This document shows positions 17,736 through 26,771 of a DNA stretch of 64,000 nt, in pieces. A model generated the notes under the pieces. The model made no database searches. It saw only the letters and a list, made by a program, of their open reading frames with translations, and was not told the DNA's origin. The stretch comes from Chthoniobacteraceae bacterium (lineage in GTDB: Bacteria; Verrucomicrobiota; Verrucomicrobiia; Chthoniobacterales; Chthoniobacteraceae), in NCBI GenBank assembly GCA_037190965.1, contig JBBCKI010000028.1, positions 64,001 through 128,000 of the forward strand, given 5' to 3'. Position 1 is the stretch's first letter. Every line of letters begins with the position of its first letter. The translations under genes were made by a program, and so were the position numbers.

Positions 17736-20024
17736 ATGCCACAACCGTTCCTCCCTCGTCTCGCTCTGCCCGCCTTTGTCGTGGCGCAGATTGTCTTCAC
17801 CGCGAATCCACTTTCGGCTCAGACCAATGGCAGTTGGAAGGATGACGTCAGCGGTAACTGGAGTTCCGCAACGGCTTGGGTTTCGGGGGCCATTCCCGGC
17901 GGTTCCGGCTCTATCGTGAATCTTACCAACGACATCACCGCTACCAGGGTCATCACGATTAACAGCACCTCTCGCACGGTGGGGATTCTTAACGTAGGAG
18001 ACCAGAATGGAAGCGATGCCTTCACGGTAGCGGCTTCCGGTGGCGCATCGCTGATCTTTGACAATGGCGGTTCGGCTTCCGAACTGAATTTGTCAGGAGG
18101 CTCCAATACGATCAGCGCGCCGATCTCTCTCCTCTCGTCCCTGACGATTGCAAACGCCGCCAGCGGGGCTCAGACGCTTTCGGGAAATGTTTCCGGAGGC
18201 TCTGCGGGCACAAAGACGATTGTCAATTCAGGCTCCGGCGACGGTGGAGTGACGGTTTCCGGAGTGATCTCCAACGGGACAGGCACTGTTGCGGTCACCC
18301 AAAACTCGGCCACGTCATCGCTGACATTGTTGGGAAACAACACATACACCGGCAATACGACGCTCAGTTCAGGCAGGTTGCAGGTCGGCAGTAACACGGC
18401 TCTCGGGTCCGGAACCCTTGTGATCAACGGAGGTTCTCTTTCTTCAAATAATATCAATACCCGTTCGGTTGCCAATGCCGTTGTATTGGGGGGAGACGTG
18501 ACCCTTGGCGATATCGTTAATACCGGCCAGCTCACCATGGGCGGTTCGACAACGCTGACCGGTAACCGTACATTGACCGTTGCCGCCGGGAGCCATGCAT
18601 TCTGGAGCGGTGCCATCGCCGAGCAGGGCGGTAGCTATGGCATCACCAAGAACGGGGAGGGCATTCTGACCTTGTCGGGGAGTAACGACTTGGGTGCGGG
18701 TATTACGTTAAATGCAGGTACTCTCCGAGTAGGAGGGAACAGAACCTTGGGATTGGGCACGTTGACCCTTAACGGTGGGACATTGTCGGCCTCCTCAGCC
18801 ACGGCTCGAGCCATTTCAAATGCAGTCACCATTGGAGGTGATGTCGCCCTGGGTGATGCCACCAACAACGGGGCGCTTACCTTTAGCGGGGTGACGACGC
18901 TCACTGGGAATCGCACTCTCACGGTGCGTAGCGCCGTAACCATCAGCGGCACCCTTCGAGACAATGGCAGCAACTATGGTTTGACCAAGAGCGGAAGCGC
19001 TACACTGACCATTTCAGGGACGAGCACCTATACCGGCGGAACCACCATTTCCAGCGGCACTCTGGCCCTCGGCAAAGCGGAAGTCCTCGCTAATTCCGGC
19101 GCGGTATCGGTGCAAGGGGGAACCTTTGACCTGGGTGGGTTTAGTGAAACCGTGGGAGCGGTCAACATTGCCGCGGGTTCCATCGATAATGGCATCCTGA
19201 CAGGCAGCAGCTATGCGGCGACCAGCGGCACGGTCGGCGCAACACTGGCGGGGAGCGGAGTCACCCTTACCAAAAGCGGCGCGGGGACTCTTATTCTCTC
19301 CGGCACCAACACTTACTCGGGAGCGACCACAGTCAACTCGGGGACTCTTCATATCGCATCAACAGGCAGGATCAACGCGACGAGCGGAATCACCGTCCAG
19401 GGCGGGGGGCGGTTCGTTTATGATAGTAATGCGGCATTGACCTCGACGCTTTCACTCAATGGCTCGGGAACCTCCAGCCGCGCCATCTTGAGTGGCACGG
19501 GCACGATTCATTCGGCGATTGTCCTTAACGATGTGGGTGACACACTCGCCCCGGGGAATAGCCCCGGGACATTGAACTTTGCGGTGAGCCAGTCTTGGGA
19601 TGCATTCAGCTACGACTGGGAGGTTAACAACTTCGTAGGAACCGGCGCAGGCACCGATTTCGACCAAATCTCGATAGCCGGGGGATTGGACCTGAATTCG
19701 TCCGGAAGTTATATCCTCAATATTACCTCACTTACCTCCGGCAATGAATCCGGAGTTGTGGGAGCATTCGAGGATCGCGATCAGTCATGGATAGTTCTGA
19801 CGACAACAACGGGCATTACCGACTTTGATGCCAGCAAATGGTTTCTCAATATTGGCAGCTTTAGTGCCGGTCCTGGTTATACGGGTTCGTTTTCGATCAA
19901 CAAAAGCTTGGATGGCAACAACCTCGTCTTGACTTACAACGTCGTTCCCGAGCCCTCGACTCTTGTTATCCTTGGAACTGCTCTTGGGTTTGCCGTGGCG
20001 TTTCGCCGGAGATTTCGCCGCTAG
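17736..20024 (+). CDS. PEP-CTERM protein with autotransporter-associated beta-strand repeats
   Basis: Signal peptide; repeated LTKSGAGTLILSGTNTYSGATTVNSGTL; LAPGNSPGTL; C-terminus VPEPSTLVILGTALGFAVAFRRRFRR. Confidence 0.95.
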   Translation: MPQPFLPRLALPAFVVAQIVFTANPLSAQTNGSWKDDVSGNWSSATAWVSGAIPGGSGSIVNLTNDITATRVITINSTSRTVGILNVGDQNGSDAFTVAASGGASLIFDNGGSASELNLSGGSNTISAPISLLSSLTIANAASGAQTLSGNVSGGSAGTKTIVNSGSGDGGVTVSGVISNGTGTVAVTQNSATSSLTLLGNNTYTGNTTLSSGRLQVGSNTALGSGTLVINGGSLSSNNINTRSVANAVVLGGDVTLGDIVNTGQLTMGGSTTLTGNRTLTVAAGSHAFWSGAIAEQGGSYGITKNGEGILTLSGSNDLGAGITLNAGTLRVGGNRTLGLGTLTLNGGTLSASSATARAISNAVTIGGDVALGDATNNGALTFSGVTTLTGNRTLTVRSAVTISGTLRDNGSNYGLTKSGSATLTISGTSTYTGGTTISSGTLALGKAEVLANSGAVSVQGGTFDLGGFSETVGAVNIAAGSIDNGILTGSSYAATSGTVGATLAGSGVTLTKSGAGTLILSGTNTYSGATTVNSGTLHIASTGRINATSGITVQGGGRFVYDSNAALTSTLSLNGSGTSSRAILSGTGTIHSAIVLNDVGDTLAPGNSPGTLNFAVSQSWDAFSYDWEVNNFVGTGAGTDFDQISIAGGLDLNSSGSYILNITSLTSGNESGVVGAFEDRDQSWIVLTTTTGITDFDASKWFLNIGSFSAGPGYTGSFSINKSLDGNNLVLTYNVVPEPSTLVILGTALGFAVAFRRRFRR

Positions 20025-20032
20025 ATCCAGCG

Positions 20033-21319
20033 ATGAAGATTGGCATTGGAGAAGCAGACATCACGCCTCCGTTTCCGTGTGCGATGGCAGGGTTTGGGTT
20101 GGCACGCACCGGGGTTCATGAGGGCGTTCATGACCCCATCGCGGCCCGATGCGTGATTTTCGAGGCTGGGATGGAGAAAGTCGCGCTGGTTAGCTGCGAG
20201 GTCATTGGACTGAAGGCTGAGGTGATTTCGAGAATCAGGAAGGCGTTGCCACCGGAGCTCGATCTTCCCCCTGAACGCCTCGTGATCACCTGCACCCATA
20301 CGCATGGCGCACCGGTGATTGAAGGGGATTACCTTGAGTTTCTCATTGGGCGGATTATTGAGGCGATTACTGCCGCTGGCCGGGATTTGAAGGCGAGGCA
20401 TCTTCGCGGAGGAAGTGTCGTTCACGAGGAATGGGTCGGGTTCAATCGCCGAAATCTTGAGACCGGCTTTCTTCCCGTGGACCGGGAGGTCCCATTTCTG
20501 ACAGTCTCAAAGCCTGATGGCAGGCTGCGTGCCATCCTGTTTCACTATGCTTGCCATCCTTCCGTTCTTGGCCCGCACAACCGGCTGATCACTGCCGACT
20601 GGCCAGGCTTCACCCGCAAGGGTTTGCAGGAAAGACTTGGTGACGATGTCGCCGTGCTCTATCTCAAGGGCACCGAGGGCAATATCAATACGGGCTATTC
20701 TGCGGGCGTTTCATCCCTGGGGATAAAAATTCCGACGCGCACTTATGAAACCGCGGAGCGCGTGGGCAGCGTCATCGCAACCGCTTTGTTCTCCGCGCTT
20801 AAAGAGGCCGAGTTGATCGAGTCGTCGGAGATCCGATTCGAATCACGGCGGATTGATATTCCTTACCGCTCAGTGGAAAAAATTGACGAAGCGCGCAGGC
20901 AGCTAGCGTGGTGGGGAGAAGAGGTCGAGCGAATTGACAAGGAGGGGGAGGACTCCGCGCGTCTTTTGAACGCCCGTGTCGAACGGGCTTATGCCGGTTT
21001 CAAGATTGCCGCGTTGGAGCATATTCAGGCGGAAGGGCGACCATCCCGCTCTTGCGAACAGATTGCCTTTCGCATCGGTGCCGCCGGGTTCCTGAGCTTT
21101 CCGGGGGAATTCTTTGTCGAAAGCGGATTGCAAACCAAGCGCGACGCGGTATCCCAGTTTACCTTCCCCCTTGGAATCACCAATGATTATATCGGGTACG
21201 TTCCCACCGAAGAAGCCTTCAGGGAAGGGGGGTATGAGGTGGCCTGCGCACGCTTCTCTCCCCGGGCTGCGGCTCAATGGACTTGTACCGGGGTGGATCT
21301 GCTCAATCACCTGTTCTGA
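20033..21319 (+). CDS. Neutral/alkaline ceramidase-like metal-dependent amidase
   Basis: DITPP, GVHDPIAAR, THTHGAP, YACHP, ITADWPG, PGEFF, GYVPT..FREGGYE. Confidence 0.88.
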   Translation: MKIGIGEADITPPFPCAMAGFGLARTGVHEGVHDPIAARCVIFEAGMEKVALVSCEVIGLKAEVISRIRKALPPELDLPPERLVITCTHTHGAPVIEGDYLEFLIGRIIEAITAAGRDLKARHLRGGSVVHEEWVGFNRRNLETGFLPVDREVPFLTVSKPDGRLRAILFHYACHPSVLGPHNRLITADWPGFTRKGLQERLGDDVAVLYLKGTEGNINTGYSAGVSSLGIKIPTRTYETAERVGSVIATALFSALKEAELIESSEIRFESRRIDIPYRSVEKIDEARRQLAWWGEEVERIDKEGEDSARLLNARVERAYAGFKIAALEHIQAEGRPSRSCEQIAFRIGAAGFLSFPGEFFVESGLQTKRDAVSQFTFPLGITNDYIGYVPTEEAFREGGYEVACARFSPRAAAQWTCTGVDLLNHLF

Positions 21320-21331
21320 ATCCGCTCTTTC

Positions 21332-23728
21332 ATGATCGAATGGTTTTCCCTTCCGAGCGCACGGCGCGTGGTGGTCCTTATCTTCGTTTTTCTTCTCTTT
21401 GGATTCGCCGGATCAGGCTACGCTAAGAAGCCGAAGCTGGTATTGAAAGTTCAAGGGCTTCCCAATGAGGCCTCCACCGATCCGGTTTCCATCGCGGAAC
21501 AGCGGGTTGTCGCCCGGTTTCAGCAGTTGCATCCTGAGATCGAAATCCAAGGGGCGGAAGGGTTGCGGGTGGAAAACATGAACTCGGAGGCGACGACGAT
21601 GATGATGATCGCCGGAGGCGTGGCGCCGGATCTCATCCGAATGAACTTCCGCAGCAGCGATACTTACATCCGGCAGGGTATTGCTGCTCCGCTCGATGAG
21701 CTTTTGCAGGAAGCGGCCACGAATGGCGACGATATCCTTGCTTCAGTACCGCCGCAGATCATGCCCGTTCTTCGCAAGCAGGGGCTGGACGGTAAAAAAC
21801 ATGTCTATGGCATTCCGACGCAACTGGTGGTCAGCGGCATCTTTTTCAACAAAGAGCTCTTTCGCGCCGCCCGTCTGCCCGCCCGCGCTCCGAAGGACTG
21901 GGCGGAACTTGCGGAGTTCGCACGACGGATCAAAGCACTCGGGCCGCAGGTTCATGGCTTGGTTCTGCCTGCGGGGGCATCCGCAAGCTTTCACCTGATG
22001 AATTTCGTTCGTGCCGCTGGAGGCGATGCGGTCGTGGAGATCGCTCCCGACGAATGGCGTGCCGCATTCAACTCCCCAGAAGCGCTGGAAGCCTACCTCT
22101 TTTATTACCGCTTGGTGGAAATCGAAAAGACCGCCTACCGCACCTCCCGACCACCCACTCCTGAGGAAATGCGCTCCGTCGGCATGATGTTTCGTTATGT
22201 TGGGGACACCGTGCAACTCGACCCCGAGCTCTGGGGATTTGGTCCTATTCCCAAAGGGCCTCAGGGCGATGGAGGCTCCGAAATCAACGCGGGGATTCTC
22301 GCCATCTTTTCGGGAATTGCAGACCCGCAACGCCGCCGGGCCGCGTGGGATTACATGCGCTTTGTATCGAGCGAGGAGGCGAACCGCCTTCGCACTGAAG
22401 CGCTGGTGGAGCTCGGCCAGGCTAGCCAGATTAATCCGGTGATGCTCCGGAAATTCGGCTTCCATGAATCCTTGATGATGGTGCAACCGGGGCTGGAGAA
22501 GGAGTTCGCCAGCGCGCTTGCGGAGGGCAAGCCGGAGCCCTATGGGAAGAACTGCAATCTGATCTATCTTGAGATGACCTACCCTCTGGATCAGATCCTG
22601 TTGAGCACGAGCATCCGGCGGGCTTGGGATGCAGGCGACATGCTTTCGGTGCGGCGGCAATTCCAAACCATTCTGGACCGAGCGGTGGCAAAGACCAACG
22701 AGCGGATGATCGGCCATGTCGATCCTGACTCGATGAAGTTCCGCCGAAAGGTGACGGCATTCATCGTGGCGGGGATTGCCGCCTGTTTCGCAGCGGTCGG
22801 CATTTATATCATACGGGCCTTCTCGCATTCTGCTTCGATCGTTTCGCGGCCCGTAGCGACCCGCAGGTCGTTCGTTCCGTGGCTCTGCCTTCTTCCGGCT
22901 CTCGGATTGACGCTGGTTTGGGACTATCTTCCTCTGCTTCGGGGAACCGTTCTTGCGTTTCAGGACTACCAGGTCTTGCTCCCATCCACTTTTGTGGGGC
23001 TGGACAACTTCGCCAATGTCCTCTTCGACGCCGGTTTCTGGAACTCCATCCTGGTAACGGCGTATTTTGCAGGCTTGAAGCTGACCTTCGGATTCGCAGC
23101 TCCGATCCTGCTTGCCTACATGCTGCATCTGATCCCTCGGCACAAGGTGATCTACCGGACGCTCTATTATCTCCCGGCGGTGATCAGCGGCACAGCGGTC
23201 TATTTTCTATGGAAGGCGCTTTTTGATGGGGAAGGGATCCTGAACCAACTGCTACGCCTGGCGGGATTCGAGGCTACCCGCGCCTGGACGCAAGACCCTT
23301 ATCTCGCCATGTTGAGCTGTGTGATTCCGGGGATCTGGGCGGCTGCCGGGCCAGGCTGCCTGATTTATCTTGCGGCCCTTAAGACGATTCCGGAGGAGCA
23401 GTTTGAAGCCGCCGAGATCGATGGCGCGGGGTTCTGGCATAAAACGACAAAAATTGTCTTCCCCGGGCTGAAAGCGCTGATCGTCATCAACTTTGTGGGT
23501 GCGGTCGCCGCAGCGCTGCAAACTTCAGCCAATATTCTCATCATGACAGGCGGCGGACCCAATGGAGCCACGGGGGTAACCGCGCTCCTCATCTTCACGG
23601 AAGCCTTTACGCGCCTGCGCTTCGGCACCGCAACTGCAATGTCGTGGATCATCGGCAGCATGCTCCTCGGGTTCACCGCCATTCAGTTGCGCCGCTTGAG
23701 TGCCATGGAATTCAAGACCGCGAAGTAA
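21332..23728 (+). CDS. Fused carbohydrate ABC transporter: substrate-binding domain + permease
   Basis: N-terminal SBP (FQQLHPEIEI, GGVAPDL, YGIP, FNKELF, PKDWAEL, AAWDYMRF); C-terminal permease (FVGLDNF, YYLPAVIS, EAAEIDGAG, GGGPNGAT). Confidence 0.92.
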   Translation: MIEWFSLPSARRVVVLIFVFLLFGFAGSGYAKKPKLVLKVQGLPNEASTDPVSIAEQRVVARFQQLHPEIEIQGAEGLRVENMNSEATTMMMIAGGVAPDLIRMNFRSSDTYIRQGIAAPLDELLQEAATNGDDILASVPPQIMPVLRKQGLDGKKHVYGIPTQLVVSGIFFNKELFRAARLPARAPKDWAELAEFARRIKALGPQVHGLVLPAGASASFHLMNFVRAAGGDAVVEIAPDEWRAAFNSPEALEAYLFYYRLVEIEKTAYRTSRPPTPEEMRSVGMMFRYVGDTVQLDPELWGFGPIPKGPQGDGGSEINAGILAIFSGIADPQRRRAAWDYMRFVSSEEANRLRTEALVELGQASQINPVMLRKFGFHESLMMVQPGLEKEFASALAEGKPEPYGKNCNLIYLEMTYPLDQILLSTSIRRAWDAGDMLSVRRQFQTILDRAVAKTNERMIGHVDPDSMKFRRKVTAFIVAGIAACFAAVGIYIIRAFSHSASIVSRPVATRRSFVPWLCLLPALGLTLVWDYLPLLRGTVLAFQDYQVLLPSTFVGLDNFANVLFDAGFWNSILVTAYFAGLKLTFGFAAPILLAYMLHLIPRHKVIYRTLYYLPAVISGTAVYFLWKALFDGEGILNQLLRLAGFEATRAWTQDPYLAMLSCVIPGIWAAAGPGCLIYLAALKTIPEEQFEAAEIDGAGFWHKTTKIVFPGLKALIVINFVGAVAAALQTSANILIMTGGGPNGATGVTALLIFTEAFTRLRFGTATAMSWIIGSMLLGFTAIQLRRLSAMEFKTAK

Positions 23729-23740
23729 GCTCCTTCACCC

Positions 23741-25435
23741 ATGTTTTTCTCTCCGATCACGGAACGCTCCTTTCATGTTCGCGCCTTCTACAAGGCCGTT
23801 TATGCGTTTCTCTTCCTTGGCGCGCTGACCATGGTGATTCCGTTTGTCATCATGCTAAGCGGCTCGGTGGAACCGGGTGTGCGCTTTAAGGATTCGACCT
23901 TCTTCCCTGCCTATTTGGTCAGCGATCAAGCGCTCTGGGGGCGCTATATCGAGGCCCGCTACAAAAATGAAAGCGAGACGCTCCGCATGGCGTGGGGCGA
24001 TGCGGGCGTGGAAATGCAGAAGCTTCCCGCGCCTATGCCGGATTTGGCGGCGAATGCGATGTGGCGGGAGTTCCTGGCTGAAACCACCCCCTCCGAGATC
24101 ATGTTCCGGGCAGGCTTTAGCGGGGCAGGGGCAACTATTCCCTATTACTACAACCGTGAGTTCCGACAGTGGCTGGCGCGTCGCTATGGAACGATCCAGG
24201 AAGTCAATCGGCAGCTCGGCACCACATTCAGAATCTTCCAGGCGATCCAGCCGCCGAATCTTTCGATTTCCGGAGCCGCCCTGAACCGGACGCCGCTTGT
24301 TGACCATTTCCTCGAGTTTTGCCGGACGGAGATTCCGCCCAGTCGCCAGTTTGCCTGGGACGCCGGTGAATATTACCGGAACGTCTTTTTGCCGCGTACT
24401 GAAGGCGAAGAGATCTCCGGTTACAATGCCAAGTATGGCACTCACTATGCCGGTTATTCGGAGGTTCCGTTTCCCGAAGCCGTACCCCGGGTGGCCGCAG
24501 AACCGTGGGTTGACTTTGTGACCAAGTTTCTTCGCCCTGACTTCGTGGACCTCACCCCTGAAGGAAGGGGGCGGCTGGAAACTTCGGGATTGGGCAAAGC
24601 GGAATTTATCCGCCTTTCGGCCAAACCGGAAGAGGTCCGCGTGGTGACTCTGGACCGGGAGTTTGCGGCATGGGCGAAGCAACGATATGGACTGGAGAAC
24701 GCCTCCATCCCGCAGTTCTCACTCGATTCGGAGGCGTTCCAAAAAGAGAAGGGCTTCTGGAAATGGGTCTTTCTTAAGCAAAATTATCAATACGTCGTGG
24801 ACGAGATCCTCCTTCACGGCCGGGCGATGTGGAACACGGCGGTGTTGGTCTGTCTGAAAGTAGGGGGTGCGCTTCTGGTCAACCCTTTGGCCGCTTATGC
24901 GCTTTCCCGCTTCAAACTTCGCAAAACGTATCATCTTCTCCTCATCTTTCTTTTGACGGTCGCCTTTCCCGCCGAGGTGACAATGATCCCTGCCTTTCTG
25001 CAACTGAAGGGTTTTAATCTCCTGAATACCTTCTGGGCTTTGGTATTACCTGGCTTGGCGAACGGCTTCTCGATTTTTCTGCTCAAAGGCTTCTTCGATA
25101 GCTTGCCGAAGGAGCTCTACGAGGCGGCGGAAATCGATGGGGCGAGTGAGTGGAGAATGTTCTGGATCATCACGATGAATCTCTCCCGGCCCATCCTGGC
25201 GGTGATTGCCCTCAACTCGTTTGTCGCGGCTTACGGCACGTTCTTCTACGCATTGATTGTCTGTCCCGATCCGAAAATGTGGACCATCATGGTCTATCTC
25301 TACCAGCTGCAGAGCACCGCCGGATCGCCGATTGTCTATGCCTCATTGATTCTCACTGCAATCCCGACGCTCGTGATCTTTATCCTCTGCCAGAACATCA
25401 TTCTGCGTGGGATTGTCGTACCTTCGGAGAAATAA
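23741..25435 (+). CDS. Carbohydrate ABC transporter permease with a ~300-aa extracytoplasmic insertion
   Basis: TM1 (ALTMVIPFVIMLSGS), long soluble region, then MalG-like core: AAYALSRF, LLNTFWALVLP, SLPKELYEAAEIDGASEWR. Confidence 0.92.
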   Translation: MFFSPITERSFHVRAFYKAVYAFLFLGALTMVIPFVIMLSGSVEPGVRFKDSTFFPAYLVSDQALWGRYIEARYKNESETLRMAWGDAGVEMQKLPAPMPDLAANAMWREFLAETTPSEIMFRAGFSGAGATIPYYYNREFRQWLARRYGTIQEVNRQLGTTFRIFQAIQPPNLSISGAALNRTPLVDHFLEFCRTEIPPSRQFAWDAGEYYRNVFLPRTEGEEISGYNAKYGTHYAGYSEVPFPEAVPRVAAEPWVDFVTKFLRPDFVDLTPEGRGRLETSGLGKAEFIRLSAKPEEVRVVTLDREFAAWAKQRYGLENASIPQFSLDSEAFQKEKGFWKWVFLKQNYQYVVDEILLHGRAMWNTAVLVCLKVGGALLVNPLAAYALSRFKLRKTYHLLLIFLLTVAFPAEVTMIPAFLQLKGFNLLNTFWALVLPGLANGFSIFLLKGFFDSLPKELYEAAEIDGASEWRMFWIITMNLSRPILAVIALNSFVAAYGTFFYALIVCPDPKMWTIMVYLYQLQSTAGSPIVYASLILTAIPTLVIFILCQNIILRGIVVPSEK

Positions 25436-25440
25436 ACTCT

Positions 25441-26307
25441 ATGCTTAAACTCGGTATCATTGGATCGGAAAACTCGCACAGTTTCAAAATCGCCACCCTC
25501 TGCAATGTAGAGAAACGCATTCCCATCGAGGTGACCCATCTCTGGGGAGAAACAGAGGAGTCCGCCAGGCAATCCGCAGAGAAGGGGAGTATCCCCCGGA
25601 TTGTGGTCGATTGGAGGGAAATGCTCGGTCAGGTGGACGGGATTATGATCGACCACCGTAATGGAGACCGCCATGAGGAGCCTGCGGAGTATTTCATCTC
25701 AAAGGGGGTGCCGACGTTCGTAGACAAGCCGATGACTTGCCGGCTTTCCAGTTCCCGCCGTCTGCTGGAACTTGGCTGCCGCCATTCTGTTCCGGTATTG
25801 ACCTTCAGCGCCAAGCCTATTCAAAAGGCATTCAAGGAGTTCGCCGCGAGAGTGGAAGCAGCGGGTTCCGCCCGGGCGGTCCACTCATGCGGCCCCGCAA
25901 ATATTCAGAGTCCGCACGGCGGCATCTTCTTTTACGGGATCCACCAGGTCGATGCGATTGTGGAGATGATGGGATGCAAGGCCACGGAGGTCGCGTGCCA
26001 TAGGTCGGGGCGAAATGCCGTGGGAGTCATTCTCTTTTCGGGAGGAAGGAGCGCGACGGTTCAGCTCATCGAAGAGGGAAGCCCGCGTTTCCATTGGACT
26101 GCTCATCTCACCGACGGAGAATCCCTCACCCACGCGGATCTGAGCGATGCCGATCCGTATCTGAGTAGTGGAGAATTGATCTACGGGTTGCTTTCAAAGG
26201 GCGAAGTTCCCTTCTCCGCAGAACGCATGCTGGCTCCCATTGCCATTTTGGAGGCTTTTTCCCGCGCCCTCGCTTCGGGTAAGCCGGAACGCGTGGAAGC
26301 GATATAG
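25441..26307 (+). CDS. Gfo/Idh/MocA family oxidoreductase
   Basis: Start MLKLGIIGSENSH at 25441; FVDKP; IFFYGIHQVD. Confidence 0.88.
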   Translation: MLKLGIIGSENSHSFKIATLCNVEKRIPIEVTHLWGETEESARQSAEKGSIPRIVVDWREMLGQVDGIMIDHRNGDRHEEPAEYFISKGVPTFVDKPMTCRLSSSRRLLELGCRHSVPVLTFSAKPIQKAFKEFAARVEAAGSARAVHSCGPANIQSPHGGIFFYGIHQVDAIVEMMGCKATEVACHRSGRNAVGVILFSGGRSATVQLIEEGSPRFHWTAHLTDGESLTHADLSDADPYLSSGELIYGLLSKGEVPFSAERMLAPIAILEAFSRALASGKPERVEAI

Positions 26308-26339
26308 CCCTGCCGGCGCTTGCGAATCATTGTAAATAC

Positions 26340-26735
26340 TTAACTCAAAAGCGCCCTATCCGCATTCCTGCTGTCCAGTACCAGTTTGATCCGTAAAATC
26401 AGTTCGCGGGGGCTGAATGGCTTGGTAATGTAATCATCCGCCCCCGATTCAAGACCGGCAAGACGATCGAGTTCATCACCATTTGCCGTGAGAATGATAA
26501 CCGGAATCCGGGCAGTCTGCGGATTTCCTTTCAAGGTCCTGCAAACCTCAAGGCCATTCATCTGCGGCATGTTTTGGTCAAGAATCAGAAGATCGGGCTG
26601 TTGCTGGCGACACGCTGCGAGGGTAGCGAGGCCATTCTCCGCCTGAGCGACCTTAAAGCCGCCGCTCCTCAAATGAAGGCTGAGCAGGTTTCGCAAATCA
26701 TCTTCGTCATCGGCGATGAGAATCGATGAAACCAT
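26340..26735 (-). CDS. Stand-alone response-regulator receiver domain, PhoB-like
   Basis: ILIADDE, DLLILD (phosphoacceptor), IPVIILTA, GLESGADDYITKPFSPREL; no output domain. Confidence 0.92.
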   Translation of the reverse strand: MVSSILIADDEDDLRNLLSLHLRSGGFKVAQAENGLATLAACRQQQPDLLILDQNMPQMNGLEVCRTLKGNPQTARIPVIILTANGDELDRLAGLESGADDYITKPFSPRELILRIKLVLDSRNADRALLS

Positions 26736-26771
26736 AGGATAAGGTTTGACTTTGCAGGGTGAAGACTTCTG

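Noticed and set aside
17544..17744. 66-aa hydrophobic ORF MWHNFFY… on the minus strand
   Set aside because: Lies in an AT-rich promoter region, overlaps the PEP-CTERM start and has composition atypical of the other genes; probably spurious
21743..23143. Long antisense or alternative-frame ORFs (e.g. 466 aa here, 29025..30215, 32929..34062, 37518..38612, 46987..48078, 61375..62361)
   Set aside because: Shadow ORFs expected in GC-rich coding DNA; no recognisable motifs
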